Positions 10,674-21,145 of a stretch of DNA of 64,000 nucleotides are shown here, piece by piece. Position 1 is the stretch's first letter. Each line of letters opens with the position of its first letter. The notes under the pieces were generated by a model. The model saw only the letters and a list, made by a program, of their open reading frames with translations, searched no databases and was not told the origin of the DNA. The stretch comes from Candidatus Latescibacterota bacterium (GTDB lineage: Bacteria; Latescibacterota; UBA2968; GCA-2709665): positions 672,001-736,000 of the forward strand of contig CAXXXF010000015.1 in the NCBI GenBank assembly GCA_963667175.2. Direction: 5' to 3'. Made by a program: the position numbers and the translations under genes.

Positions 10674-11633
10674 ATGGGTCGAGGTCCCTTATACGAAGAC
10701 GGCTACCAACCGCAACTATCCGGGCACGAGACATTTCCTCTCAGATACGGGTGGCTTAAGAAGGCTTTCGATGCCGTGCGGGAAGCCGAGAGCGACGAGA
10801 ATGGCGGATCGGTCTTCTCGTCGGATGGGGCCATCGCCCGTTTTGGCGTCGGCAAGAACATGGTCGCGTCAATTCGGCATTGGGCGACCGCCGCGGGTGT
10901 CATCAGAGAAGCGTCGCGGAAGCCAAGAACCACGTTACTTGCACGGCGACTATTTGCGAGAAATGGTCTCGACCCCTACATGGAAAACCCTGCGACAGCG
11001 TGGCTGATTCATTGGCAGCTTTGCGGCAACCCCATTAAAACCACATGGTTTTGGACGTTCAATCATTTTCCGGCTCCTTTCTTCGAACGGGATTTGCTTG
11101 TACGTAGCCTGGAGAAACTTCCGGATGAGTGTGGTTGGAAGCCGGTGTCTTCCGCGACAATCAGGAAGGATGTGGCCTGTTTTGTCCGTACGTACGTTTC
11201 GCGGCCCCCGACGGGAAGGGCAAGTCGTGAAGATACGCTGGAGTCCCCGCTCACGGAACTCGGGCTGATTAGACCGATCGGAAAGCGGGATGGATTCCGC
11301 TTCGTGCGTGGTCCTAAACCTTCGCTGGGTCAGGGTGTATTCTGTTACGCGGTCACGAATTTCTGGCGCAACCACCTCCCCGATGTTCGTACGATCTCTT
11401 TCGAAGCACTAGCACATGAACCCGGATCGCCGGGAAAGGTATTCCTGTTAGACGAGAACGACCTGGCGGATCGTCTAACAGACCTGGAAGATGTGAGCAA
11501 CGGCCTCTATCGCTGGTCGGAAACGACAGGGCTGAAGCAGTTGACCCGGAACCGGGAATTAGAAAGTGGCGAAGAGATCGAATTCGTCGAGTTTGACTAC
11601 GGTGGCAAGTTGACGGACAAGGAAATGTCCTGA
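10674..11633 (+). CDS. sspB: DUF4007 family protein, SspB-like (copy 1)
   Basis: SGHETFPLRYGWLKK, GVGKNMVASIRHW, DPYMEN..T.WLIHWQL, ESPLTELGLI, SPGKVF; ATG 10674 preceded by GGGAG. Confidence 0.85.
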   Translation: MGRGPLYEDGYQPQLSGHETFPLRYGWLKKAFDAVREAESDENGGSVFSSDGAIARFGVGKNMVASIRHWATAAGVIREASRKPRTTLLARRLFARNGLDPYMENPATAWLIHWQLCGNPIKTTWFWTFNHFPAPFFERDLLVRSLEKLPDECGWKPVSSATIRKDVACFVRTYVSRPPTGRASREDTLESPLTELGLIRPIGKRDGFRFVRGPKPSLGQGVFCYAVTNFWRNHLPDVRTISFEALAHEPGSPGKVFLLDENDLADRLTDLEDVSNGLYRWSETTGLKQLTRNRELESGEEIEFVEFDYGGKLTDKEMS

Positions 11634-14600
11634 TGGGGCTGGCCGATCGAATAACGATCGCACGGAGGTTTCAGCGTGCGATACGCATCGATAGTGATCT
11701 CAATGATCCGGCTGCATTGGATGGCTTCATTTGTCCAAGATCTTCAGCCGAGGTACTCGAAACAATGGCCCGGCATCTGATCGAAACCGGGCAGGGTGCA
11801 TTCACGTGGACGGGTCCTTACGGCAGCGGAAAGTCGAGCCTCGTAATCGCCCTCAGCGCGGCATTGAAAAATAACGGCGGGCGTGCACGCAATGCGGAGT
11901 CGATACTGGGTCGAAAAACGACATCGATCATTTGGGAAGCGTTGCCCCCTCGCACGAAGGGCTGGCGCATCCTACCCGTGGTTGGTCGAAGGGAACGTCC
12001 GGCTCAAGTCATTGGCGAAGCAATTGCGGCTAATGAATACATTAAAACCCATCCACAGGAGTCGTGGTCCGACAAACGCGTATTGGATACCCTCGAAGAG
12101 ATTGCGTCTAGAAATCCGCGGTCACACGGCGGTCTGGTGATCTTTATCGACGAGTTGGGCAAGTTCCTTGAGGCGGCAGCCAAGGACGGGTCCGATATCT
12201 ACCTGTTTCAGGAACTTGCGGAGAGGGCTTCCCGCAGCAAGAAACGGCTTATTGTTGTCGGTATTCTCCATCAAGCATTCGACGAGTACTCCCACCGCCT
12301 GTCGCGTGAGATGCGGGACGAATGGTCGAAAATACAGGGCCGTTTCTTGGATCTCGTGGTCAACACCCACGGAGACGAGCAAATCGACCTGCTAGGCCGC
12401 GCTATTGAAAGCGATTATCGTCCGCAGACAGCGCGCCCGCTAGCTACGGATGTAGCATCGCAGATACGGCGGCAGACACCTCCCTATTTTGCGGACATGC
12501 TGGAGGATTGTTGGCCTCTTCATCCCGTCGTAGCATGTTTGCTTGGACCTATCTCCCGGCGCCGGTTCGGGCAGAATCAGCGGAGTATTTTCGGTTTCCT
12601 GAATTCCGCCGAAGCTCAAGGGTTTCAGGACTTTATTCGTTTTGCCGGCGATAACGACATCTACGGTCCCGACCGCCTCTGGGATTACCTTCGGATCAAC
12701 CTTGAACCAACGATTCTGGCTTCACCGGACGGACACCGCCTGGCGCTGGCTATCGACGCCCTGGAACGTTGTGAGGCAGTAGGCGGTGACCAATTGCATC
12801 AACGGCTATTGAAGGTAATCGCAACCGTCAACATGTTCAGGGACCGCTCGGGACTCGGCGCGAGCCGACGTCTATTGGAACTTGCACTACCCGACTATGA
12901 CTCAGGCGACGTCGAAAACGCGCTGAGAGATTTGAAAGGTTGGTCGTTCGTCATCTTCCGCAAATTTGACGACGCGTACTCCATATTCGAGGGTAGCGAT
13001 TTCGATGTCGATGATGCAGTAAGACGCGCACAGGATAGCACGGGCGAGGTGGACTTTACCGCGCTCAATGCGCTTGCCGGCCTGCAACCGATCGTTGCAA
13101 AACGCCACTACCACGAAACCGGGGCTCTACGCTGGTTCGACGTTGTCGTGGTTCCTCTGGCGGAGGTAAAGCATGCGGCTGCCGAGTACGCACCGCGACA
13201 AGGCGCTATTGGCGGATTCTTTCTAGCGATTCCGACTCAAAATGAGAGTGAAGCGGTGGCATGGAAGATTTGTCACCAGGCTTCAGCGGAACGACTACAA
13301 TGTGACGTCGTAGTCGGTCTCTCTCAGAGGGCATGGGGCATTCCCTCCTTGGCAGTTGAGCTGTTGGCGCTGGAGCACGTGCGCGACGAGACGCCGGAGC
13401 TTCTAGGGGACAGGGTCGCGCGTATCGAGGTCGAGGCCCGTGTCAGTGCGTTACAGGGGCATCTGGAAGGCGAACTCGCCGGTGCCTTCGATAGCGTGTC
13501 GTGGAGCTATCGAGGCGCGACCTCAGATTCTCTTCGTTACGCCGAAGTCAATAGTTTCGCTTCCGATCTCGCCGACGCCCGTTTCAAAAAGGCTCCTCGA
13601 ATCCACAATGAATTGTTGGGCCGGATGAAACCGTCGAGCAACGCCGTCGCCGCACGAAACACGCTTCTTAGACGCATGGCTCTGCATGAAGGCGAGGCGC
13701 GGTTAGGCATCCAGGGCTTCCCTGCAGAGGGCGGGCTGTTTGCTTCGCTTCTGGATGCAACGAGGCTCTACTCTGAAACCAATGGTGTATGGAGATTTGT
13801 GGAGCCCTTGGACGGCGACAAAGATCCGCACAACCTGGCGCCAACCTGGCAAGCGGCAAAGGAATTCCTCGAATCCAAAGCTGACCGTTCGGTGCCGTTA
13901 TCCGAGATTTACGAAATCTGGCGGCGACCTCCATTTGGCATAAAGGACGGTCTCCTGCCCGTATTGGCAGCGGCTTTCTTGCTCTCGCAGCGAACCACAT
14001 TGGCATTCTATCGTGACGGGATCTTTCAAGCGCGCGTTTCAGAACTGGATATGGACTTTCTTGCCAGAGATGCATCTGATATTCAGGTGCGATGGATGGA
14101 CATTTCAGAAATGTCACGTCGGCTCTTATCCGAAATGGCGGACATCGTGCGTGACCTTGACGAAGAGAACACGTTGACTCATCTTGAACCGATAGACGTA
14201 GCGAAGGGATTGGTCGCCATATATGACCGTTTGCACCCGTGGGTCGGCAGAACCCAGAGACTTTCGCGCAATGCCAGACGCATCCGGCAACTCTTCAAGC
14301 AGGCCAATGACCCAAACAAGCTGATTTTTGACGATATTCCCGGCGTATTACCGAACGTGCAAGAGGTTGAACTCAAAGACGCTTCCGAAGAGATCGCGGA
14401 TCGTGTCCGGAACGGTTTGACGGAGTTGATCCAAGCCTATCCGAATATGCTCAATCGTATCCGTGAAACACTTCTGACGGAGCTTCAGGTGCCGAATGCG
14501 TCACCCTCAATGCTTGCTGAACTACGTGCTCGCGCTGACAATATACGGGAACTTGGCGGCGACCACCGTCAGGAGGCATTTATCGTACGCCTTGCGGAGT

Positions 14601-15016
14601 TCGAAGGTGGCGACGACGACATGGCAGGTCTCGCAGGCATGGCGGTAAACAAACCCGTCCAGAATTGGGTGGACCCGGATATCGATCGTGCGACAGTCGA
14701 ACTTGCAACGATGGCGCAGCGGTTTATTCGTGCAGAAGCCTTTGCACGAGTCAAGGGTCGCAAGGACAAGAGGAACGCAATGGCGGTAATTGTGGGGATG
14801 GGCGGACAGCCGAAGCTGGCTCACAAAGAATTCGAGATTACGGAGCGGGATCAAACTGCAGTTAGAGAGTTAATTAATCGCTTGGACGGAACACTGAGAA
14901 GCAACGGCCAGGAAAGACGCAACTTAATTCTCGCCGCCCTGGCGGAGTTAAGCGCTCGGTATCTGGATCCCGATGTATCGACGAAATCAAGTGGGACGAG
15001 GAGATCCGACTCGTGA
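11633..15016 (+). CDS. sspC: Large P-loop ATPase, SspC-like (copy 1)
   Basis: Walker A GPYGSGKS, Walker B IFIDELGKFLE, WPLHP, FGQNQRSIFGFL; lies between DUF4007 and PAPS-reductase-like genes with overlapping stop/start codons. Confidence 0.82.
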   Translation: MGLADRITIARRFQRAIRIDSDLNDPAALDGFICPRSSAEVLETMARHLIETGQGAFTWTGPYGSGKSSLVIALSAALKNNGGRARNAESILGRKTTSIIWEALPPRTKGWRILPVVGRRERPAQVIGEAIAANEYIKTHPQESWSDKRVLDTLEEIASRNPRSHGGLVIFIDELGKFLEAAAKDGSDIYLFQELAERASRSKKRLIVVGILHQAFDEYSHRLSREMRDEWSKIQGRFLDLVVNTHGDEQIDLLGRAIESDYRPQTARPLATDVASQIRRQTPPYFADMLEDCWPLHPVVACLLGPISRRRFGQNQRSIFGFLNSAEAQGFQDFIRFAGDNDIYGPDRLWDYLRINLEPTILASPDGHRLALAIDALERCEAVGGDQLHQRLLKVIATVNMFRDRSGLGASRRLLELALPDYDSGDVENALRDLKGWSFVIFRKFDDAYSIFEGSDFDVDDAVRRAQDSTGEVDFTALNALAGLQPIVAKRHYHETGALRWFDVVVVPLAEVKHAAAEYAPRQGAIGGFFLAIPTQNESEAVAWKICHQASAERLQCDVVVGLSQRAWGIPSLAVELLALEHVRDETPELLGDRVARIEVEARVSALQGHLEGELAGAFDSVSWSYRGATSDSLRYAEVNSFASDLADARFKKAPRIHNELLGRMKPSSNAVAARNTLLRRMALHEGEARLGIQGFPAEGGLFASLLDATRLYSETNGVWRFVEPLDGDKDPHNLAPTWQAAKEFLESKADRSVPLSEIYEIWRRPPFGIKDGLLPVLAAAFLLSQRTTLAFYRDGIFQARVSELDMDFLARDASDIQVRWMDISEMSRRLLSEMADIVRDLDEENTLTHLEPIDVAKGLVAIYDRLHPWVGRTQRLSRNARRIRQLFKQANDPNKLIFDDIPGVLPNVQEVELKDASEEIADRVRNGLTELIQAYPNMLNRIRETLLTELQVPNASPSMLAELRARADNIRELGGDHRQEAFIVRLAEFEGGDDDMAGLAGMAVNKPVQNWVDPDIDRATVELATMAQRFIRAEAFARVKGRKDKRNAMAVIVGMGGQPKLAHKEFEITERDQTAVRELINRLDGTLRSNGQERRNLILAALAELSARYLDPDVSTKSSGTRRSDS

Positions 15017-15855
15017 AAGACACAAGAAAGGAAAAACACGTTCTGGGTCTGTCGGGTGGCCGCGATAGCGCGGCGCTTGCCGTATACATGCGCCAAAACT
15101 ACCCCGAACTTGACATCGAATATTTCTTTACCGATACTGGCAAAGAATTACCTGAAGTTTACGAGTTTCTGGTCAAGCTAGAAGGCTTTCTGGGAAAGTC
15201 AATCGAACGGTTGAATCCAGATCGCGATTTCGACTTCTGGTTAAAGCAATACAACAACTTTCTGCCGTCGGCCCAAAGCCGATGGTGCACGCGGCAACTC
15301 AAACTGCGGCCTTTCGAGCGGTGGATTCGTCCGATTCTGGACAGTGGCGTAACGGTTTATAGCTACGTCGCGATTCGTGCGGACGAGGAATATCGCGAAG
15401 GCTACACCTCGAAACGCGGCAATTTGGTCGTGAAGCTCCCGCTGAAGGATGACGGGATTGACAAAGCGGGAGTGCTGGAGATCCTTGAAGGCGCGGGGCT
15501 TGGGTTGCCGCACTACTACGAGTGGCGGACGCGTAGTGGCTGCACGTTCTGTTTTTTCCAGCAGAAAATCGAATGGGTGCGATTGATGGACCGACATCCT
15601 GAGTACTTCGAGGAAGCCAAGCGCTACGAGAAAACCGCCATAGGTCACGGGTCACCCTTCACCTGGAGCCAGGGAGAATCGCTTCACGATCTCGCCAAAC
15701 CAGAACGCGTGGCGCAGATCGAGGCGGAACACACTCGACGACTCGAAAGAATGCACAACAAACGTCAGGTCAACCCGCTTCGACCAGATGCGGAACCTAT
15801 AGACGTAGATGACCTATATGGTAAAGCAAAGGTATGTCTTGCATGTCACAAATGA
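15013..15855 (+). CDS. sspD: PAPS reductase-family protein, SspD/DndC-like (copy 1)
   Basis: PP-loop LSGGRDS, DTGKE, RWCT, RSGCTFCF, C-terminal CLAC. Confidence 0.88.
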   Translation: MKDTRKEKHVLGLSGGRDSAALAVYMRQNYPELDIEYFFTDTGKELPEVYEFLVKLEGFLGKSIERLNPDRDFDFWLKQYNNFLPSAQSRWCTRQLKLRPFERWIRPILDSGVTVYSYVAIRADEEYREGYTSKRGNLVVKLPLKDDGIDKAGVLEILEGAGLGLPHYYEWRTRSGCTFCFFQQKIEWVRLMDRHPEYFEEAKRYEKTAIGHGSPFTWSQGESLHDLAKPERVAQIEAEHTRRLERMHNKRQVNPLRPDAEPIDVDDLYGKAKVCLACHK

Positions 15856-16025
15856 CGACGAGCGCGAAGGACCTAATGTCATTGCCACGAGGGAGGTCTC
15901 GTGGGCGCAAGAAAATGGACATTCCGATCAGTTTCGTTGGAAGGAAAACAGGTTGTTGCGACTGCGGAAATTTAGATGTCCATGGTAGCAATCGACGAGG
16001 ATGACGATAGGTCGGGCTAGATGGT

Positions 16026-16562
16026 GTGTGCATTGAACATCGCGACGCCTTTCGGCCTGAAGTGATTGACGTGTTCAACCCTGGTAACGAACCAATGGAG
16101 TCACCTGCGGATCTTGTTGCTTCTCAGGACGATTACAATAGGCACGTTTGGCCTTTTTGCCTTTGGCCGAATCAATGGAAGACGTGCAATGTGAATCTAA
16201 GGTGGCACAACGTAGTATTAGACGACAATGGCAAGTCTAACGTACCCGACACAACCGGGGTCTATTCTCTAGTAATTCAACCCGGGATTGCAAACCACCC
16301 GGGATGCTCTTATCTGATGTACGTCGGTAAGGCCAAGGATCTTCGAAAACGCTTTGGTGACTATTTGTCCAGAGAGAGAACCAAGCGTCCCAAAGTTGTG
16401 CGACTTCTTGAAATGTACCGAGGCCACATAAAGTTTTTCTATTCAACGGTCGACATAGAAACTCTTGACAATACAGAAGAGGAATTGATCAACACCTTCA
16501 TTCCTCCTTGCAATTCAAGATTTAAAGGGGTAGTACGACGGGTGTCAGGGGCATTTCGATGA
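16026..16562 (+). CDS. GIY-YIG nuclease family protein
   Basis: GVY...YVGKA..LRKRF..Y...E.ELI....PPCN; probable start ATG 16095. Confidence 0.8.
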   Translation: MCIEHRDAFRPEVIDVFNPGNEPMESPADLVASQDDYNRHVWPFCLWPNQWKTCNVNLRWHNVVLDDNGKSNVPDTTGVYSLVIQPGIANHPGCSYLMYVGKAKDLRKRFGDYLSRERTKRPKVVRLLEMYRGHIKFFYSTVDIETLDNTEEELINTFIPPCNSRFKGVVRRVSGAFR

Positions 16563-17836
16563 ATGACAAACAAGATCGACTCTTTCTTCCTGCCCTTCGG
16601 GCCACGATGGGCGATTGGGTGTATTACATATCCTATATGAGCATGGATGATATCGCTGCTCGCGTTAGCATAGTTGACGATATCCATTCAAGCAGATCAT
16701 TGAAGGATTGGCTACAAAGGGGGCTAACCAACAACTCAGTAAAAATCACAGAGTACTTGGTTGCCCAGAAACAAAGACTATTCAACGCGATAGTGGTTGG
16801 AACCTACGGAGGAAGTCCGAATTGGCATGAGATTACCGTCTCCGGACGAAATCTAGACGAAGTACCGGAAATCGTTGATGGAACTATGGGACTACTGGAA
16901 CTTAACGGGGAAGAAACTCTGTTTGCAATAGACGGTCAGCATCGCGTGAAAGGCATCAAGGAGGCTATCAAAGATAAAGAAACCTTAAAGGAGGAGCAAG
17001 TATGCACGATCTTCATACCAGGAGTTATCGCAAGCAGGCGTGACTCTGACCCAGATGGTTTTCAGCGGACGAGACGCCTCTTTTCGACACTAAACCGATA
17101 CGCTAAACCTGTTCAAAAGCGGGATATTATCGCACTTGATGAAGATGATGTGGTTGCAATAGTCACGCGGAAGCTATTGGAAGAGCACGATTTGTTGATC
17201 GACAAGGTGGATTTAGGCCTTACGAAATCGATAAGAGCTACCGACCACACGAACCTTACCACGATCGTTACGTTGTACGACGTTGTGGACATCGTATTGC
17301 GTGACCGTAAGAGGGGGTGGCAGGACTATAAGCGTCGTCGACCGCCAGAGCCGGAAGTCGACGATTTCTACCGAAAGGCAACGGAATTTTGGGACGAGCT
17401 ATGCTGTCAATTTAGCTCGCTAAACGAGTTTCGTGACAGTTCAACAGAAGATAGCGTCGCTGGCAAATTCAGGAGTCCGAACGGAGGGAATCTTCTATTT
17501 CGTCCCGTTGGCTTGATGTTGATCGGACGTGTTGTCGTTGATTTACGTACGATAGAGGACATGAGCCTAAAAGAGGCGATTGAGGCTGTTGGACGTACTC
17601 CGACCGACCTTACTGATGATCCGTGGCCCGGACTGCTTTGGGACAATGCAAACAAACGTATGCTGACCGCGAAGGAGAATCAGAAGGTCGCTCGTCAATT
17701 GCTTTTCAACGCACTGGGAGGCGATCTAAAACTCGCACCTTTCAAGACATCTAGAGACAAGGTGCGAGAAGAATTGGCAGGATTGCTGAATCGAGATCCC
17801 GAGAAGGTCGGTCTTCCCGTCTACATTTCACACTGA
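16559..17836 (+). CDS. DGQHR-domain (DndB-like, ParB superfamily) protein
   Basis: WLQR, FNAIVV, FAIDGQHR, RRLFSTLNRYAKPV; overlaps the GIY-YIG gene by 4 nt. Confidence 0.88.
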   Translation: MNDKQDRLFLPALRATMGDWVYYISYMSMDDIAARVSIVDDIHSSRSLKDWLQRGLTNNSVKITEYLVAQKQRLFNAIVVGTYGGSPNWHEITVSGRNLDEVPEIVDGTMGLLELNGEETLFAIDGQHRVKGIKEAIKDKETLKEEQVCTIFIPGVIASRRDSDPDGFQRTRRLFSTLNRYAKPVQKRDIIALDEDDVVAIVTRKLLEEHDLLIDKVDLGLTKSIRATDHTNLTTIVTLYDVVDIVLRDRKRGWQDYKRRRPPEPEVDDFYRKATEFWDELCCQFSSLNEFRDSSTEDSVAGKFRSPNGGNLLFRPVGLMLIGRVVVDLRTIEDMSLKEAIEAVGRTPTDLTDDPWPGLLWDNANKRMLTAKENQKVARQLLFNALGGDLKLAPFKTSRDKVREELAGLLNRDPEKVGLPVYISH

Positions 17837-18350
17837 GTGGTTAAACCGATGTCGGACAACACCCTTTATTGGAATTTAAGGAAGTTCGATAGCACGGTTT
17901 TGGAAGTGACCCTTTTTCTGTAGTCGCTGTCAGACCTTGATCTCCGCCCGTTGTTCGATTCCAATGTCCTTGCGGTATTGGATGTCACATTTGGCGGAAC
18001 CATTGTGGGTCACACCTGTCCAAAATCGGTTTCAGTCTTGGACAGCATCTGGTTCACTTCCGCGAAGCAATCCCTCGACCAAGATTGCCTGAGATTCACA
18101 AAGTGCTTATTTCACGGGCTTATTGAGACGGAAACAGCACAATTATGGCCGCTGGAAACGTCACCTTGTTCTTGGACAGCATTGCGCAGACGATGGCAAA
18201 CCTGTTTTTCATTATCCGGGTCAAACCCGTCCAAAATCGCCTATTGTAGCCATTTTTCGAACCTTATCTCTGGGAATCCGACGGTTCTTGGACAGCAGTG
18301 ATTGTGGGTGATGTATTCTAGTTGGATTCAGCCTGAGAGGTTTCGGAGAT

Positions 18351-20804
18351 TTGACAATGAAAGCGACTATGAGGCAGCTTTTTAATGATCTGTACATTGC
18401 AGCGGGCGAAAGCGACGTTGATAAAGTCATCAACAATCGCCCGGAAGTATTCGATAGGAAAAATTGGTATCCCCTTGGAGGTAACGAGAACAACTTTGGC
18501 GTGATTGAAAACCAACAGTCGAATCCGACTGCCGCATTGATAGAGAAGATCACTAATTCAATAGATGCCGTTCTGATGAAGAAGTGCTTGGAGTCAGGTG
18601 TCGACCCCAAATCTAAACAGGCACCACGTACCATGGAGGAGGCAAAGGCTAGGTTTTTCGAAGATCACAAGAACTGGGATCTGGTACGTTCAAGAAAAAA
18701 ACAAGCCGAAGACATACAGATTATCGCCGACGGACCAAGACTCAAGACGTCGCTGACTGTATATGATAATGGGGAAGGACAACACCCGGAAGACTTCGAG
18801 AAGACGTTCCTATCGTTGCTAGAGGGCAATAAGATTGAAATTCACTTTGTTCAGGGCAAATACAACATGGGCGGCAGTGGCGCTATTGTATTTTGCGGCA
18901 AAAGGCGGTATCAGTTAATCGGCTCAAAGAGATTCGACAACAAAGGTAGATTCGGGTTTACGTTAATTAGAGAACATCCTATGAGCCAAAGTGATGAGAT
19001 AGCTCGAAAGGATACGTGGTACGAATATTTAAAGATAGGCGGCGATATTCCTGCGTATGATGCGGCACAACAGGATTTTGGTTTGCATAACAGAAAGTTC
19101 ACTACAGGCACAATAATCAAACTGTACTCATATGATTTGTCAGTGGGTAGCCGTTCCGTAATCTCAAGGGATCTGAATCAGAGTATCAATGAATATTTGT
19201 TCGAACCAATTTTGCCCGTGATTACGGTTGACAAAAAGGAACGGTATCCACATGACCGAAATTTGGAAAGAGATTTGTACGGTTTAAAGCGAAGATTGGA
19301 GCAGGATGATAGCCGCTATGTGGAAACATACTTTTCGGAAGATTTCGATAACGCGCCGTTCGGAAAATTGAAGGCGACATGTTATGTATTCAGGACGAAG
19401 ATGGACGATAGAACGGTAAAAGAGACCAAGCAGACAATTCGCAATGAATTCTTCAAAAACAACATGTCCGTGCTGTTTTCCGTTAATGGACAGGTACACG
19501 GGAACTATACAAGTGAATTCATCACCCGTTCGCTAAAACTGAACCTACTCAAGGACCACCTCCTTATTCACGTCGATTGCACCAATATGGACTATGGATT
19601 CCGCAAACATTTGTTCATGGCGTCCCGAGATCGACTAAAGGATGGCGAGGAAACAAGAAAGTTAAGGCACTTCTTGGCTGAAAAACTCGGCGCAAAAAAC
19701 AGCCGGTTAGCTGAAATCCAAAGACAGAGAAAAGACTCTATATCGGTAGAAAGTGGTGATGCGAAAAAACTCCTGGGGTCACTGACGCAGAATCTAAGGA
19801 TGCAAAGTGACTTGATGAGGTTGTTGTCTCAAACACTAGAATTGGATAAACCTATTGACGGCAGATCGAAAAAACACAAACGCAAGTCGAAAATGAAAAA
19901 GCATGAGGAAACGCAACCCTTTAACCCCAAGCGATTTCCGACGTTCTTTAAGAGGCGCGTGAAGGGTTCAAATGGAAACGGTGTGGTGACAATTCCAATG
20001 GACGGCGAGAAAACTATCCATTTTGACACAGATGTCGAAGACCACTATTTCGATCGTGTTGAGGAACCTGGTGAACTCAAACTTGCTCTGCTAGGTTTCA
20101 AGAGGAATGAATCCTCGGGCGGGGTATCACCCGGCCAAATTGATGAAATCGAAGATGTATTAAATGTGCGTAAGAGTAGCCCACAAGAAGGTACCATCAA
20201 AGTTCATTTAAACCCAAAAGAAGAGGTATCTGTCGGAGACGCAGCCAAGATCGAGGCTGACCTCACTTCTCCAAACGGAGCCTTTGAAGCGGAAGTATTC
20301 TGGGTGAAAATAGGTGAACCGAAGGCGCCTAAGCAGAATTCAAAAAAGAACAACGAGGCCAATTTCCCGAATTTAGGACTTCCTGAATATATCCTTACCT
20401 ACCAAAACCCAATGGAGAATGCTGTAACTTGGAGCGATTTCGAGGAAACGACCGGCCAATCTATGGACTATGACGTTGTGATGCATCCCTCACTAGAAGG
20501 CGACCAGTTAGAGAAAATCTATATTAATATGGACAGCACGACATTCAAAAATTACAAGCCTAAGAACCCGAACGATGAGCAGTTAGAGTTGGCAAATGGT
20601 AGATACATCGCGTCGGTGTACCTGCATACTCTGTTTCTCTATACGATAACAAAGAACCTGAAATACAGAATCAAGAGAGAATCCGAAAACGGTCCCGTCG
20701 ACGAGGAAATAGACACGTACCTTAGGGAGTTATTCGGTAGCTATTACGCAGAATTTATCCTGAACTTTGGTGCAGATCGAATAATGCAATTGCTCGCGGA
20801 CTAA
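18351..20804 (+). CDS. GHKL (HATPase_c) ATPase, MORC/TopoVIB-like, uncharacterised
   Basis: EKITNSID (N box), YDNGEG (G1), QGKYNMGG (G2), TGT. Confidence 0.75.
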   Translation: MTMKATMRQLFNDLYIAAGESDVDKVINNRPEVFDRKNWYPLGGNENNFGVIENQQSNPTAALIEKITNSIDAVLMKKCLESGVDPKSKQAPRTMEEAKARFFEDHKNWDLVRSRKKQAEDIQIIADGPRLKTSLTVYDNGEGQHPEDFEKTFLSLLEGNKIEIHFVQGKYNMGGSGAIVFCGKRRYQLIGSKRFDNKGRFGFTLIREHPMSQSDEIARKDTWYEYLKIGGDIPAYDAAQQDFGLHNRKFTTGTIIKLYSYDLSVGSRSVISRDLNQSINEYLFEPILPVITVDKKERYPHDRNLERDLYGLKRRLEQDDSRYVETYFSEDFDNAPFGKLKATCYVFRTKMDDRTVKETKQTIRNEFFKNNMSVLFSVNGQVHGNYTSEFITRSLKLNLLKDHLLIHVDCTNMDYGFRKHLFMASRDRLKDGEETRKLRHFLAEKLGAKNSRLAEIQRQRKDSISVESGDAKKLLGSLTQNLRMQSDLMRLLSQTLELDKPIDGRSKKHKRKSKMKKHEETQPFNPKRFPTFFKRRVKGSNGNGVVTIPMDGEKTIHFDTDVEDHYFDRVEEPGELKLALLGFKRNESSGGVSPGQIDEIEDVLNVRKSSPQEGTIKVHLNPKEEVSVGDAAKIEADLTSPNGAFEAEVFWVKIGEPKAPKQNSKKNNEANFPNLGLPEYILTYQNPMENAVTWSDFEETTGQSMDYDVVMHPSLEGDQLEKIYINMDSTTFKNYKPKNPNDEQLELANGRYIASVYLHTLFLYTITKNLKYRIKRESENGPVDEEIDTYLRELFGSYYAEFILNFGADRIMQLLAD

Positions 20805-20870
20805 TCCTCGTATCGAGTAGATAGTGCGGATAAGATAGCCAACAAATGAAGTGAAGGTTTTCACACGGGG

Positions 20871-20977
20871 ATGAGAATTCCGAATGCCCAGGTCCGTACG
20901 CGCGTCTGCAAGTGCGCGCTGGATCGGGTCACAACGAGTACGCCGATCTGGACGCGTTCAAGGCGGTGCATGTTTGA
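20871..20977 (+). pseudogene. Degenerate remnant of a relB-like gene 3' end
   Basis: 20936-20977 encodes EYADLDAFKAVHV* versus EYADLDALKAEHG* at 8979-9020 (36/42 nt identical by eye); an RIPN motif is also retained upstream in another frame. Confidence 0.7.
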
Positions 20978-21145
20978 TCGGCGCACCTTGTCGCCTCGTA
21001 TCGCCTTGAGCGACGGCTAAGGCACGCCGGAAGAAATTGACAAATTAACGAATTGCAAGAGAAGACCTCCGGAGACCGACATCTCAGGGGGTCTGCTTTT
21101 GGTCAGGCGTCGACCGGAGGGCGATTGCGACCTCTCTGCCTCGTC

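Noticed and set aside
10674-15855. BREX type 4 or DndABCDE assignment for the PT-like clusters
   Set aside because: No PglZ or BrxL, and no DndD (SMC-like) or DndE; the DUF4007-ATPase-PAPS reductase order with a cysteine desulfurase fits SspABCD better.
17951-18311. Short ORFs between the DGQHR and GHKL genes
   Set aside because: No motifs or convincing RBS; probably intergenic or a decayed fragment that I cannot identify.
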